Source: Rhizophagus irregularis (taxonomy: Eukaryota). From it: DNA of 64,000 nucleotides. Made by a program: the position numbers and the translations under genes. The notes beneath the pieces are model-generated. The model had not been told where the DNA came from. It was given only the letters and a program-made list of their open reading frames with translations, and did no database searches. Positions 24,521-35,429 of the stretch are shown one piece after another (the stretch's first letter is position 1; each line of letters starts with the position of its first letter). The DNA lies in NCBI RefSeq assembly GCF_026210795.1, contig NC_089429.1, positions 186,001 through 250,000 on the forward strand. Reading direction: 5' to 3'.

Positions 24521-26810
24521 GGGTTCTTTTTTTTTTGCTTCTTTTTTTTTGTTGTTGAAGAAAGGGAAAGGAAATAAAAAGTAAAAGTTACGCGTAGCTG
24601 CCCGTAACATATTTTTATTGTTATTGCATCATGTGGTCATGCACTGCGGTTACATAATTTGTAAATAGTTATTTATGTGGATAGTCTAAACATAACGCCC
24701 ACGTGATTGCAGTGTTTTTTAAATATTAGATTTTTTTTATTTTGAGAGTCTTCAATAATATATACAGTTGATGACCTGTTTGAACCTTAATTTATTTAGA
24801 TCCAACACCTACATGTACTTTGCACACACAAAAATTTGCATATCTAATACATTCTTGTATATTTTACACATTTCTGCACATTATATATGAATTTGCACAT
24901 ATAAAAATTTTAAATAACATTAGTAAATTTTTTAAAGTACAGATCTTCAGAAATTCCAAAAATCTTGTAATTAGTGAAGATCCTTCACCATCAGTGAGGA
25001 TTTCTTATTAAAAGAATTCTATAGAATTCTTAAGGATCTTAAGTTTACCATTAAGGTATAGATCAAAAGCTGCCAAATTGGGGACCATCTAGGTTATCCT
25101 AAAAGAATTTAGATGGTCCCCAATTTTTTTTATTTATTTTTGCAGGGTGCCTGATTGGTAATTATAAAATGGCCTCAATTATGCAGGGTAAGGTTATCAA
25201 TAGGGTACCTATTTGTTTGTAACTGAATATTAATAGGATTAACCTTATTGTTATCCAGCTTTTTTTTATTTACTTGTTAGATTAACCTATTGTTATCCAT
25301 TTTTCTTATTAGGTAGCTTACCGATTGATGTCATTTTGGTTAATTATATTAATTTATACATATAATTTATTAAAAAGTAATCAATAGGCTATATCTGATT
25401 GTAAAAAAAAATTAAAATATAGAATCAATACATGCTTTCGATTAATTCCAAATTGCTACTTAATTTATCAATTTATTATATTAGATTTATATTACACGCA
25501 ATTAATTAATTACATTAACATCATTTTCTCTACATTTCTGTACTAAAAACTAAAGCTAATTTACTCTTTTCTCTACTATTTGTTGTTAATGGTTTAGACA
25601 TTGTTCCAGTTGGTTTAATTTCAACAAACAACTATTTAAATTCGTGTTTAGGCTCAGGAACTTGTAGTCCTACAAAAAGTAGAAAAGCGAAAACGTTCAG
25701 TTAGTTAGTAATGTTTCGTTAGGAAAAAGAATAAAATTTTAAAGAACTTTGAAGAATACTTTCGAAGTTCCATTCAGGAAACACCCAAGAAACCATAGAC
25801 TATAAAAAGAAAATACGTTAGTAAAGTTCTATTAAAAAACAAAAAAATAATTGAAGTTTCAAAAAGAAAATATTTCTTTTTGAAATTTACCATTCTGCCC
25901 AAAGGTCCCAACTGATACCTACAAAATAGAAAAAAAAAATTAAAAAAAAATAATTGAAGTTTTGAAAGTAAATAATACTTTCACACGTCTTGGTAGAATA
26001 TTTGAAGGAAATGATGAAAATAATCGATTATTTGTAAAAGTTAAAGAAAACAAAATTTACTATTCTGCTCAAAAAGATCCTAACTGATACCTACAAAATA
26101 GAAAAAAAAAAATTTTAAAATTAATTGAAGTTTTGAAAGTAAACATTTGAAATTTACTATTCTGCTTAAAGGTTTCAACCGATACCTATAAAATAAAGAA
26201 AAAAATTAAAAAAATAATTAGTTTTGAAAGTAAATAAAACTTTTAAAACTTACTATTTCGCCCAAAGGTCCCAACCGATACTTACAAAATAAAGAAAAAA
26301 AATTAAAATTAAAAAAAAATTAAAGTTTTGAATAAACTTTTCGAAACTTACTATTTCAAAAATCCTAACTGATAACTACAAAATAGAAAATAAAGTTAAA
26401 AAAAAAAATTATTTTTTAAGTTTTGAAAAGAATAAACAAAACTTTTCAAAACTTACCGTTCCAAAGGCTCCAATTGATACCTACAAAATAGAAAAATAAA
26501 GTTAAAATTCTTAATACTACTTAATTTAAATTAGTATTAATAAGGCTTGATTTTTAAATTAAACCTTACTTATTATCTAAAAAAAATATGAACATTAGTT
26601 AACGTTTATTAATTAGTCAAAAAAAAATTAATTTTTTTCGAAGATAAAAAATAGGAGTCCAGAAGGCTTTCTTTATCTAAAAAAAAAATACAAACATTAG
26701 TTAATATTCATCAATAATTAATTAAAAAAAATAATTTAATTTTTTTCAAAAGGGTTTATTTTTGAAATGGGAGTCCAAAAAGCTTCTTTTATTTAAAAAA
26801 AAAAGAAATA

Positions 26811-28757
26811 CAGTCAACTCTCTTTATAGTCACACATTTGGGACAGTCCATATTTGGTGATTATAAAGAGATGTGACTATATAAAAAATTTCTTATATTT
26901 GTATATCATAATTCCTGCCAAAAATTAACATAATTTTAGCCAGAATTATACTTAAAACTTTATTGTATCATAACTTCGCCAATATTAATCGTAGAGTGAT
27001 GATCTTACCGCCATTCGATTCGTCTTGATGAGACGGTTCTAATGGTATAAAATACGTCGAAATCCAATCACTAGATTAATTTCCGAAATTAAAAAAATAT
27101 TAATGGTTTTTGTGTAATAACTCTGCCAATATTAATTGTAGAGAGATGATCTTACCGCCATTCGATTCGTCTTGATGAGACGGTTCTAATGGTATAAGAT
27201 ACATCGAAATCCAATCACTAGATCAATTTCCGAAATTAAAAAATATTAAATGGGTTTTAAGTAATAACTCCGTCAATATTGATCACAGAGAGATGAGCTT
27301 ACCACCATTCGATTCGTCTCGATGAGGCGATTCCAACGAGCTATAAATCGTCTTTTTACTTTGCTATGTTTACGGCCAGACCACCCATTGCCTCTTTTTG
27401 AGACTAATCTCGGGTCTGTGTCCTATCATCTTCAATGGGCAACCATTATACCGAGTACTTAATTCCTCAGGTAACAGCACCACTATAGAAGACATCCCCC
27501 ATCGGGCCATTTAAGGCTGATCTGAAGCTAGGTACACGCCGCCTACTCATCCTATACCCATTGCATGATACTGATACTCAATTTATTTTACGACCTTTAG
27601 AGAGCATCTACTTTCATGGAGGACTTTCGACAGGTAACATCAACCATCTAGTACCCTTCCATACCACCATTTTAGGTACTAAGTCTCACTCAGCCACTAC
27701 AGCCCGCGATTACCTAGCACCGATAGTACAGTTGTTTACCCCAAGTGGTATACTTTGTAGTGACCACTCGGACAGGAAGTAGCAGGCATCTGTCCAGGAT
27801 CACCCCTTATGGTGGGTATCAACCACCTAGAGATCTAAGCCTAGGGCCAAAGAGTAGGGAATCAAGCCGCAAAATAGCTACCTGTTACGTGCACGAACAC
27901 CTTGGTTGGTCTAAGACCTAACAGAAGGTCTAACTACCACTAAGACATTGCACCCTCAGCTTTACCATCTAGGACGACCATCTAGCCATTACTGACCCCA
28001 AGTGGTATCGTGGAGTGACCACCCGGACAGGAAGTCCAGGTATAGTAGTGACGCAGGGACAGGGACTGCGCACGTGCCAATGGCCTCATAGGGAACGTTA
28101 GAAGGACACCATGACCCTTAGTTGAAATGTGCAGCCTAACTGTACACACTAATTCACCATGATGCAGTCCAACTACACTAATCCCTGTACCTTCACGCTA
28201 TTGGTTGTAGCGTCGCAGTAAAATTCTTTTTATTTCCGTGGTCATGGGAATTGAACCTGCGACCTCACCATACTCAGGCTTAATGAGGGTCTCAGTGACT
28301 AACCACTGAGATAGGGTGACCAACCCCTATAAATCGTCTTTTTACAATCACTAGGTACTGAGAAATCTAGCAAAATGTTAAATGGCGCAGTAAACGTAAA
28401 TCAAGAAATATTATAATGCCGATGTTCAACATTTTGTTGAATAACTCGTCAGCCAGTGATCGGAAAAGGATAAAACTACCACCATTCGATTCGTCTCAGT
28501 GAGACGATTCTAACAAGCTATGATACATCTTTGTACGATTATTAGATGCCAAGTTATTTAATATATTCTTTATATAACTGCGATTATAAACGGTTCTTTT
28601 TAATATAAGATTTTTGAGGATAGGTGTGATAGTGACTATAGATAGATTGTGACTATATAGGATAAATTTTAATAATAAAGTGTTTTGAACATTCAACTGG
28701 TGTGACTATATAGTAGAATGTGACTATAACGGGAGTGACTATAGAGGGAGTTGACTG
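26811..28757. mobile_element. Tc1/pogo-type non-autonomous element with four internal palindromic modules
   Basis: TA-CAGTCAACTCTCTTTATAGTCAC ... GTGACTATAGAGGGAGTTGACTG-TA; internal repeats containing CCATTCGATTCGTCT(T/C)GATGAG. Confidence 0.9.
27360..28326 (-). mobile_element. tRNA-derived SINE, 967 bp
   Basis: 19-bp TSD CTATAAATCGTCTTTTTAC (27341-27359 / 28327-28345); minus-strand head with A-box-like TATCTCAGTGG and B box GGTTCAATTCC; much higher GC than flanks; no credible ORF. Confidence 0.85.
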
Positions 28758-29284
28758 TACGAACATTAATTAACATTCGTCAATAAATTAATTAAAAAAA
28801 AATTTTAATTTTTTTTGAAGTAGAAGGCTTCCTTTACCTAAAAAAAAGAGATACGAATGTTAGTGAATGTTTATTTAAATAAAAAAGAAAAAAAAATTAG
28901 AAGGTTAAATTTACCTTCAATATGGAAGTCCGAAACTTGTCTTTCAGCTTCCTTTAAAAAAAATTCAAAGTTTTACTTCAAAATGGAAGACTCAGTCCTT
29001 ACTCCGGTTTTCTGTCCTTAAAAAAAAAGACAAAATGTTAGTTAACATTTCACTAAATAAAAAAAATACAAAAAAAAAACAGAATTTCAAATTTTACCTT
29101 TGAAATTCTGTCCAGAAGGTGCCTGAAAAGCTGTAAGCCTATAAAATAAAATAAAAATCAAAATGTTAGTAACATTTCACTAAAATAAAATAAAAATAAA
29201 ATAAAAAATTTGAAGTTTTACTTTTGAAATTCGTCTAGAAACTGCCAGAACCCTACGATAAAAAAAATCAAAAAAATCGGAATG

Positions 29285-29573
29285 TAATGTTTGGAATCAT
29301 GTAACAGTTATTCGAATAACTTAAGTATATTCGAGTATTCGAATAAGCATAGTGGTTATTCAAGTATTCATTTAGCCAGATATAGTATAGTTAAAATTCT
29401 AATTCAGCATTAAATCCTTAAATTTAACTGAGTTAAAATCATAATTCAGGCTAAAAATTATGTAAATCATTACTATAAAAGGAGATTTAACTTATTCAAA
29501 TATTATTCGAATACACTTTATAAATTTAAATGAATACTCAAGTATATTCGAATATATTCGATTCCAAACACTA
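29285..29573. mobile_element. hAT-type MITE
   Basis: TIRs TAATGTTTGGAATC / GATTCCAAACACTA; 8-bp TSD TCGGAATG; ATTCGAAT subterminal repeats. Confidence 0.88.
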
Positions 29574-29579
29574 TCGGAA

Positions 29580-30265
29580 TGTTAATAAACGTTCTGATAA
29601 GAAGAATTAAAAATAAAATCAAAACGCTAAAAAATGTTTCGATATAAAAAAAATTAAAAATTCAAAACATTAATTAATGTTTTGATATAAAATTCACAAA
29701 AAAAAATGAATCAAAACGTTAAAAATGGTTCGATATGAAAAAAATCAAAAATTTAAAATGTTAAAAATGGTTCGTTTAAACATCAAAAATAAAATTGAAA
29801 CATTAAAAAACATTTTGATATAAAGAAAAATTCAAAATTCAAAATGTTAATTAACGTTTTGATATAAAATTAAAGAAAAAAAATGACTTGAAATATTAAT
29901 TAACGTTTCGATATGAAAAAAAATTAAAAAAAAATTTGAAACGTTAAAAACATTTCATTTAAAAATCAAAAATAAAATCAAAACATTAAAAAACGTTTTG
30001 ATATAAAGAAAAATTAAAATTTGAAACGTTAATTAATGTTTCGATATAAAATTAAAGAAAAAAAATGAATCAAAATGTTAAAAAACATTTCGCTAAAAAA
30101 ATCAAAAGATCTGAACGTTAACAAACGTTTTGATAAATTTTTTTAAAATAAAATTTTGAAATGTTTTTTAATGTTTTGATAAAAAAGTCAAAAAATCAGA
30201 ACGTTAATAAACGTTCTGATTAAAGTAAAATTTTGAAACATTAAAAAACATTTCGATATAAAATT
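29580..30265. repeat. Degenerate AT-rich minisatellite
   Basis: Unit approximately AAAACGTTAAAAAACGTTTTGATATAAA (palindromic AACGTT pairs). Confidence 0.75.
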
Positions 30266-30619
30266 TATTCTTTCAATCTGGATAGCCTAAATTTTTACAT
30301 AGTTATCAACTGGGTATATGCCCTATTGATTACTAATTTTTGGCTAACCTATTAGTTTAATAGTTACCAATAGGGTATATGCCTGATTTTTCAGCTTTCG
30401 ACTTGTAAGGAATCCTTAAGGATATTTTTTATATTTATTTATTAATTTTATTTATTTATTTTATTTTTTATTTATTATTTAAAATTATTTTATTTGTATA
30501 TTTATTTGTATATAATTTATAATTAATTATATTATTACATAGTATTCTCTTTAATTAATAATATTTTTACAATTAGCACGAAAAATTATTTCTTTGGCTT
30601 AAAATTTTGATTAAAATAA

Positions 30620-32850
30620 ATATAATTATAAATTCATGTTTTTGTTAATTTATTACTCATTTTTATAAAAATTTAAAAATAACATTCCTTTAAATATGTA
30701 CTATTGGTACTAAGTGAATAAATAAGTTTGTTTTGTTTAGTTGTGAGTTTCCTTTAACTTCTAAAAAAAATAATAAGAATAGTTAATAAATTTATAAAAA
30801 AAAAACAAAACAAGAATATTAAAATTTACAAATCTTTTTCCATCTTTGAAAATCCATCTAAAGCCTACAAAATAATAAAAGAACAGTTAGTAAACTGTTT
30901 CTATTAAATGTAAAAAAAATAACAAAAGACTAAGATTCAATCGTGACTCATAGTATTTATGATTCTTAGTTCATTTTCTATTGAAATCCACCAGAAACCT
31001 ATAGAAAAAAAAATAAAATAATATTGAATAATAGTTAGTAAATCACTTTATTAGAAAAAGGCTAAGTTCATAATACTTACAATTTTCAATTGAAATCCAT
31101 CCAAAATCTATAAAAAAAAAATAAAATAAGTGGTAGAGTTATCACTTTATTAAAATAAACAATAAAAAAAACTAAGTTCACAATACCTACGAATCTTATT
31201 TTTTTCTGTCAAAAGTCCATCCAAAACCTATAAAAAAAGAATGATTAGTATTTAGTAAATCGTTCTATTTTATTAAAAAGTAAAAAAAACTAAGTTCGTA
31301 ATACTTACAAATCTTAGTTTTTTTCTGTCAGAAGTCATACAAAATCTATAAAAAAATAATAAATAAAAACGTTACATTTTATTAAAAAAAGCAAAAAAAA
31401 ACTAAAATTTGATTCATACTTACAATTCATGAATCTTTTCTCTTTTCAATCAAAATCCATCTGAAACCTATAAAAAAATAAATAAATAAAAACGGTTAGT
31501 AAAAAAAAATAAAATAAAAAAAAATTAAGTTTGTAATATTAAATTACGAACCTTTAGTTCTTTTCAATTCTCAAAAGACCACCCAAAGCCAGTAAAAAAA
31601 TAAGATTTTTTTAAAAAAAATTGAAAAAAAATTTGCTTTTCAAATTTTTGAAACCTTACCTACTGATGCATAATAAAATATCGAAGCCTAAAGACTCAAA
31701 GTCTAAAAAATTTCGTGTCTAAAGAGCTGAAGTACCATGAATTTTTGAAAGACACAAACCTCATTTTAAATTTACCATTCAAAAATTTAGACCTTTAGAA
31801 GCCTGTCTTTAAGAAAAAAAATAAAAAGAAACATTAGGACGTTTTTATAATATAAAACATGTAACTCTTTAACTTACCATTTCAGAATTCCATGCTAAAA
31901 TCTAAGTACAGGCCGTCTCTAAAGAAAAACAGGTTTAAAGAAAGTTTCTTTTTAAGTAATTCAGAAAATATTTTTTAAAAAAAATCATTTAAAATAAAAA
32001 TAAATGATTTTTTTTTAAAAATTAAACATAAAAAAAGTAATTTTTTTTTAATGATTCAGTTAAAAAAAAAAGCTTTAAAAAAAAGATTATCGATAGATTA
32101 ATAAGTCATATAATCTATGATATTCTGATAATATCATCTTAATAAAAAATGAATAGTTCATTAGTAATATTTGTTAATATAAAAATATATATATATATTT
32201 TTTCTTTTACTTACCAGTATTCCATAATACCACATTTAGAAAACTTAAAAACCATTAAAAAAAAGAAAAAGTTATTAAAATAAAAAAATTAAATATATAT
32301 TTTTTTTTAATTACCAAATTTTCGTATCCAATGTCTTAAAAATACCTAAAATAAGAAAATAATAAACAATTAGAATTCGTTAAAAAAAAAGAAAAAAAAT
32401 TTTTTTTGGTACCTGTCAAATCCTACCAACATCTAGAGAGATTATAAGAAACTACTTAAAAAAAAGAAATAAACGAACATTTAGTAATGTTCATTAAAAT
32501 AAAAAAAAAATAATAAAAATCTTTTTCTTAATGAATATTCATGTTGAAAAAATCTACTAAGAAAATAAAGAAAAATTAAAAAGTTTTTTACTTACTTAAT
32601 TCCGCATTGGAAAACTCAAACAAATACCTAAAAAAAAAGAAGACAAACAATTAGTAATGTTCGCTAAATAGTAATTTTTTTCAACTTTTTACTCACCACG
32701 TTTTCATATCTATAAAATCGAAAATAAATCCTAAAAAAAGAAAAAATAAATTAGTAATGTTCATTAAAGTAAATAATGAAAAAATGAAAAAAATATCTAC
32801 CATAACACTATATTCAAAGAGCTTGAAAGTCACCTAAAAAAGGTAGAAAA
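30620..32850 (-). repeat. Micro-exon/intron array
   Basis: About 20 units with the minus-strand pattern TAG|short exon|GTAAG (plus strand cctata/cctaaa ... cttac/ttacc, with gttag branch complements); homologous to 51300-53950. Confidence 0.65.
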
Positions 32851-33719
32851 AATGTTAAGTTTTTTTAAAAAAGTATGAAAAGAGAAAGAGAAAAGTATAT
32901 AGGAAAGAATATGTAAAAGAAGAAGAAAAGGAAAATTACGTATGAAGGGTAAAAGAGAAAAAAAAGATCAATTAATTTTTTTTAAAACTTTATTTTTGAA
33001 TCGATAAATCACATGATATCGAAATAGCTTTGTAACACATTTGTAGATCATTTTACGTGAAAATAAAATTGATTTTTAGTATAGAAGAATCCTTAAAGTT
33101 TTTTTATTAGGAATCCTTAAAGATCCTATAAGTTACAGAATCTTTAAAGATCCTTAAGATTTGTTAAGGGATTTTTAAGGAATCTATAAAATACCAGATC
33201 CCTAAGGATTTTATAGCAATTTATAAAATCTTTAAGGATCTGTGTCTTAAAAAATTTACTGATGAATGTGCGCATTCTGCACATAATTTAAAATTTGAAT
33301 TTTCAACACTGACTGTAGATATTAGATATTTAATATGATAATATTTAATGTATAATTTTAATAAAGCAAAAAAATAAAATATAATTAATTTATTATTATT
33401 GCAAAATTAAAATAAGCTAAGGTGTATGATAATCAAAAGATTTCTTATTGTTATAAATTAATTAAAAAGTTATCAATCAGTATACTAATATGTCAAATAG
33501 TAAATATTCTATTGGTAACTATTAATACCTGATTGTACTCTATTGAATATCCCGATTAGTACCTAAATATTCTTCTTTTGCACTATTTTTTGGCAGCAAT
33601 CAGATTTACCGATTGATGATAATTTTAAAAAAATAGTGACCAATCGGGTGGAATTTGATTACCTGATTGGTCCCTGATTTAACATCATTTGACTAGTATA
33701 CTTTTCCAGTAAATTATTA

Positions 33720-34909
33720 TTGAAATTCAAAAAGTTGGATGTAAGTATCGATCTGGAACGTATATCTTAAAAGGTTTGATATTCAAATAAGAGTACAGAA
33801 TTGAAATATCATTCTTCTTGTTGATAATGTACTAACTCATTTTCTCAATAAAAATACAAAATTAATTAATATTAAAATTGAATTCCTTCCTCCAAATACC
33901 ACTTCATACCTTCAACTATGTGATCAAGGAATTATTAACATTTTTAAGATAATTGAATTTATACTTTAATTTCAAATCTATATCCTACATTTTAATAATT
34001 TCAAATTCTATAAAAAATTAATTTTATTTCAAGCATAATACCAAAAATTATTATTGCAAAATCATTTTAAATCCTTTGATAATTATAATAAATTTGACAT
34101 TAATCCTATTGAAATTAATATTAAAAAGTGCATTAAATATGTCACTCATACATGGAATAATATTATTCAATTTACTAAAATTGAAAATTGCTGGTTAAAA
34201 GCAGATATTTTACCTAAAGATAATGAAAGTAAAATTGATATAGATTTATGCTAAAATACAAGTTTTCTAATATATACAAACGAAATGTAACAAAGTTAAG
34301 TTCAAAATTTAATTAATAAACTTAATCTTGAAAATCCTTTAATTACTGATGAATTTATTCAATATAATGAATTTGAATTTACAACAGAAATGATATCCAA
34401 TGAAAAAATTTTAAAAGTAGTTTTTCCCAATAATCATAAATAAGCAGAGTAAGCAATCAAATTCTGATCTTTTACTATCCATTATTCATAGCGTCCATTA
34501 AACATTATAATAAAACGATTTTGTATTTAGTAGTAATAAGCATAAATTCAATATGAAAAAAAAGAAATAAGATGAATTAAAAAACTTAAAAAGAAGGCAT
34601 TAAAATAATGTTTTATTTCTGCAAAATAAACGAATCTTAATAATTTTATTAGTAGTATCTCTTAATTTCATTAATATTTACAATATATAATATAATAATT
34701 GTATTATATTTAATAATAAATAATATAAATATATTATAATTACATTTATTTACATAAATTTACTTTAAAATATTTAACAAATTTTTAATAAAAATTTGTT
34801 ATATAATATCCAAATTTTACTATATGAATGTCAAAAAAATCTGTTATGGTGTTACCAAATTTTCTATAACAAAAGTCAGATTAGCATTTGTTATAACGTG
34901 AGCTAACTG
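33720..34909 (+). pseudogene. Degraded pogo/Tigger (DDE_1) transposase with right TIR
   Basis: Remnants ILLVDN..TH, IKIEFLPPNTTSYLQLCDQGII, WNNI...IENCWLKADIL; ends GTTATAACGTGAGCTAACTG-TA. Confidence 0.8.
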
Positions 34910-35132
34910 TATATAAAAAATGATTAATACATATGTATCACGTAATGTTTATGTAATCTGAAAAAATTGAGAAAATGTTTTTATTTAATAAATCGATTAC
35001 TTATGATAAATAGATAATATATTTTTAATTTTATTAAAATTGAATCATAAAAAAATTTTTTATTTAAAATTTTCTGATTTTAGATTTAACACTATAAAAT
35101 TTATTATTAAATTTCTTTTTATTAATATAAAC

Positions 35133-35429
35133 AGGACTCCAGACATCTCTTATAGAACTCACAACTGACTTTTTGCTAAAAAAGATCCAATTTGCTCTTT
35201 TTTTATTTTCAGTTTTTTTGTGATTATCTCAGCATCCAGTAATTTGATTTATGCATGCAAATGTTTTTTTATTTTGTAGAGTTTGATAAGGACTACAAAA
35301 CAAAAAAAAGTTCACATAAATTAGATCACTGGATGCTGAAATAATTGTAAAAACGTGATTTTTTTTGAAATTTAGACCAATTTGCTAAAAAGTTACTCTC
35401 TGAGTTGTATATGTAATGTCTGAGGTCCT
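35133..35429. mobile_element. AGGACCC-family MITE
   Basis: Homologous to 9884-10176; 8-bp TSD ATATAAAC. Confidence 0.9.

Larger units (their letters stand above)
21962..24771 (-). mobile_element. Non-autonomous Helitron-like element
   Basis: Minus strand 3' end CTGTTAAC-GTA-GTTAACAG hairpin followed by GTGAATA-CTAG|T (21962); candidate 5' end A|TCAACTGTATATATT at 24771; no TSD; interior is tandem repeats. The 3' end is convincing, the 5' end is inferred. Confidence 0.65.
25660..29280 (-). repeat. Micro-exon/intron array (interrupted by 26811-28757)
   Basis: Repeated TTTTGTAG|GTATCAGTTGGGACCTTTGGGCAGAATG|GTAAAT-type units, e.g. the 28-nt exon at 25918-25891, with at least five similar copies to 26490. 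Confidence 0.65.
25057..30407. mobile_element. Second CACTA-like non-autonomous element nested in the former
   Basis: Degenerate TIRs TATAGATCAAAAGCTG / CAGCTTTCGACTTGTA; 3-bp AGG flanks; CAATAGGG/CCTATTG subterminal repeats; host GAATCCTTAAG repeats resume after 30407. Confidence 0.5.
24918..33264. mobile_element. CACTA/CMC-like non-autonomous element (outer shell)
   Basis: Ends CATTAGTAAATTTTTTAAAGTACAGATC / GATCTGTGTCTTAAAAAATTTACTGATG; 2-bp AA flanks; TAAGGATC/GAATCCTTAA subterminal repeats. Superfamily is inferred. Confidence 0.6.

Noticed and set aside
27010..27050. Hammerhead core suggested by TTGATGAG in MITE modules
   Set aside because: Lacks CTGATGA and a correctly placed GAAA; better explained as the centre of a DNA palindrome.
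27738..28035. HDV-like or hammerhead ribozyme in the SINE repeats
   Set aside because: Too few nucleotides between the candidate P1 strands for an HDV fold, and no CUGANGA/GAAA core; only a simple hairpin is supported.
28235..28326. tRNA gene
   Set aside because: A/B-box-like motifs are present but there is no proper cloverleaf; it is the head of a TSD-flanked SINE.
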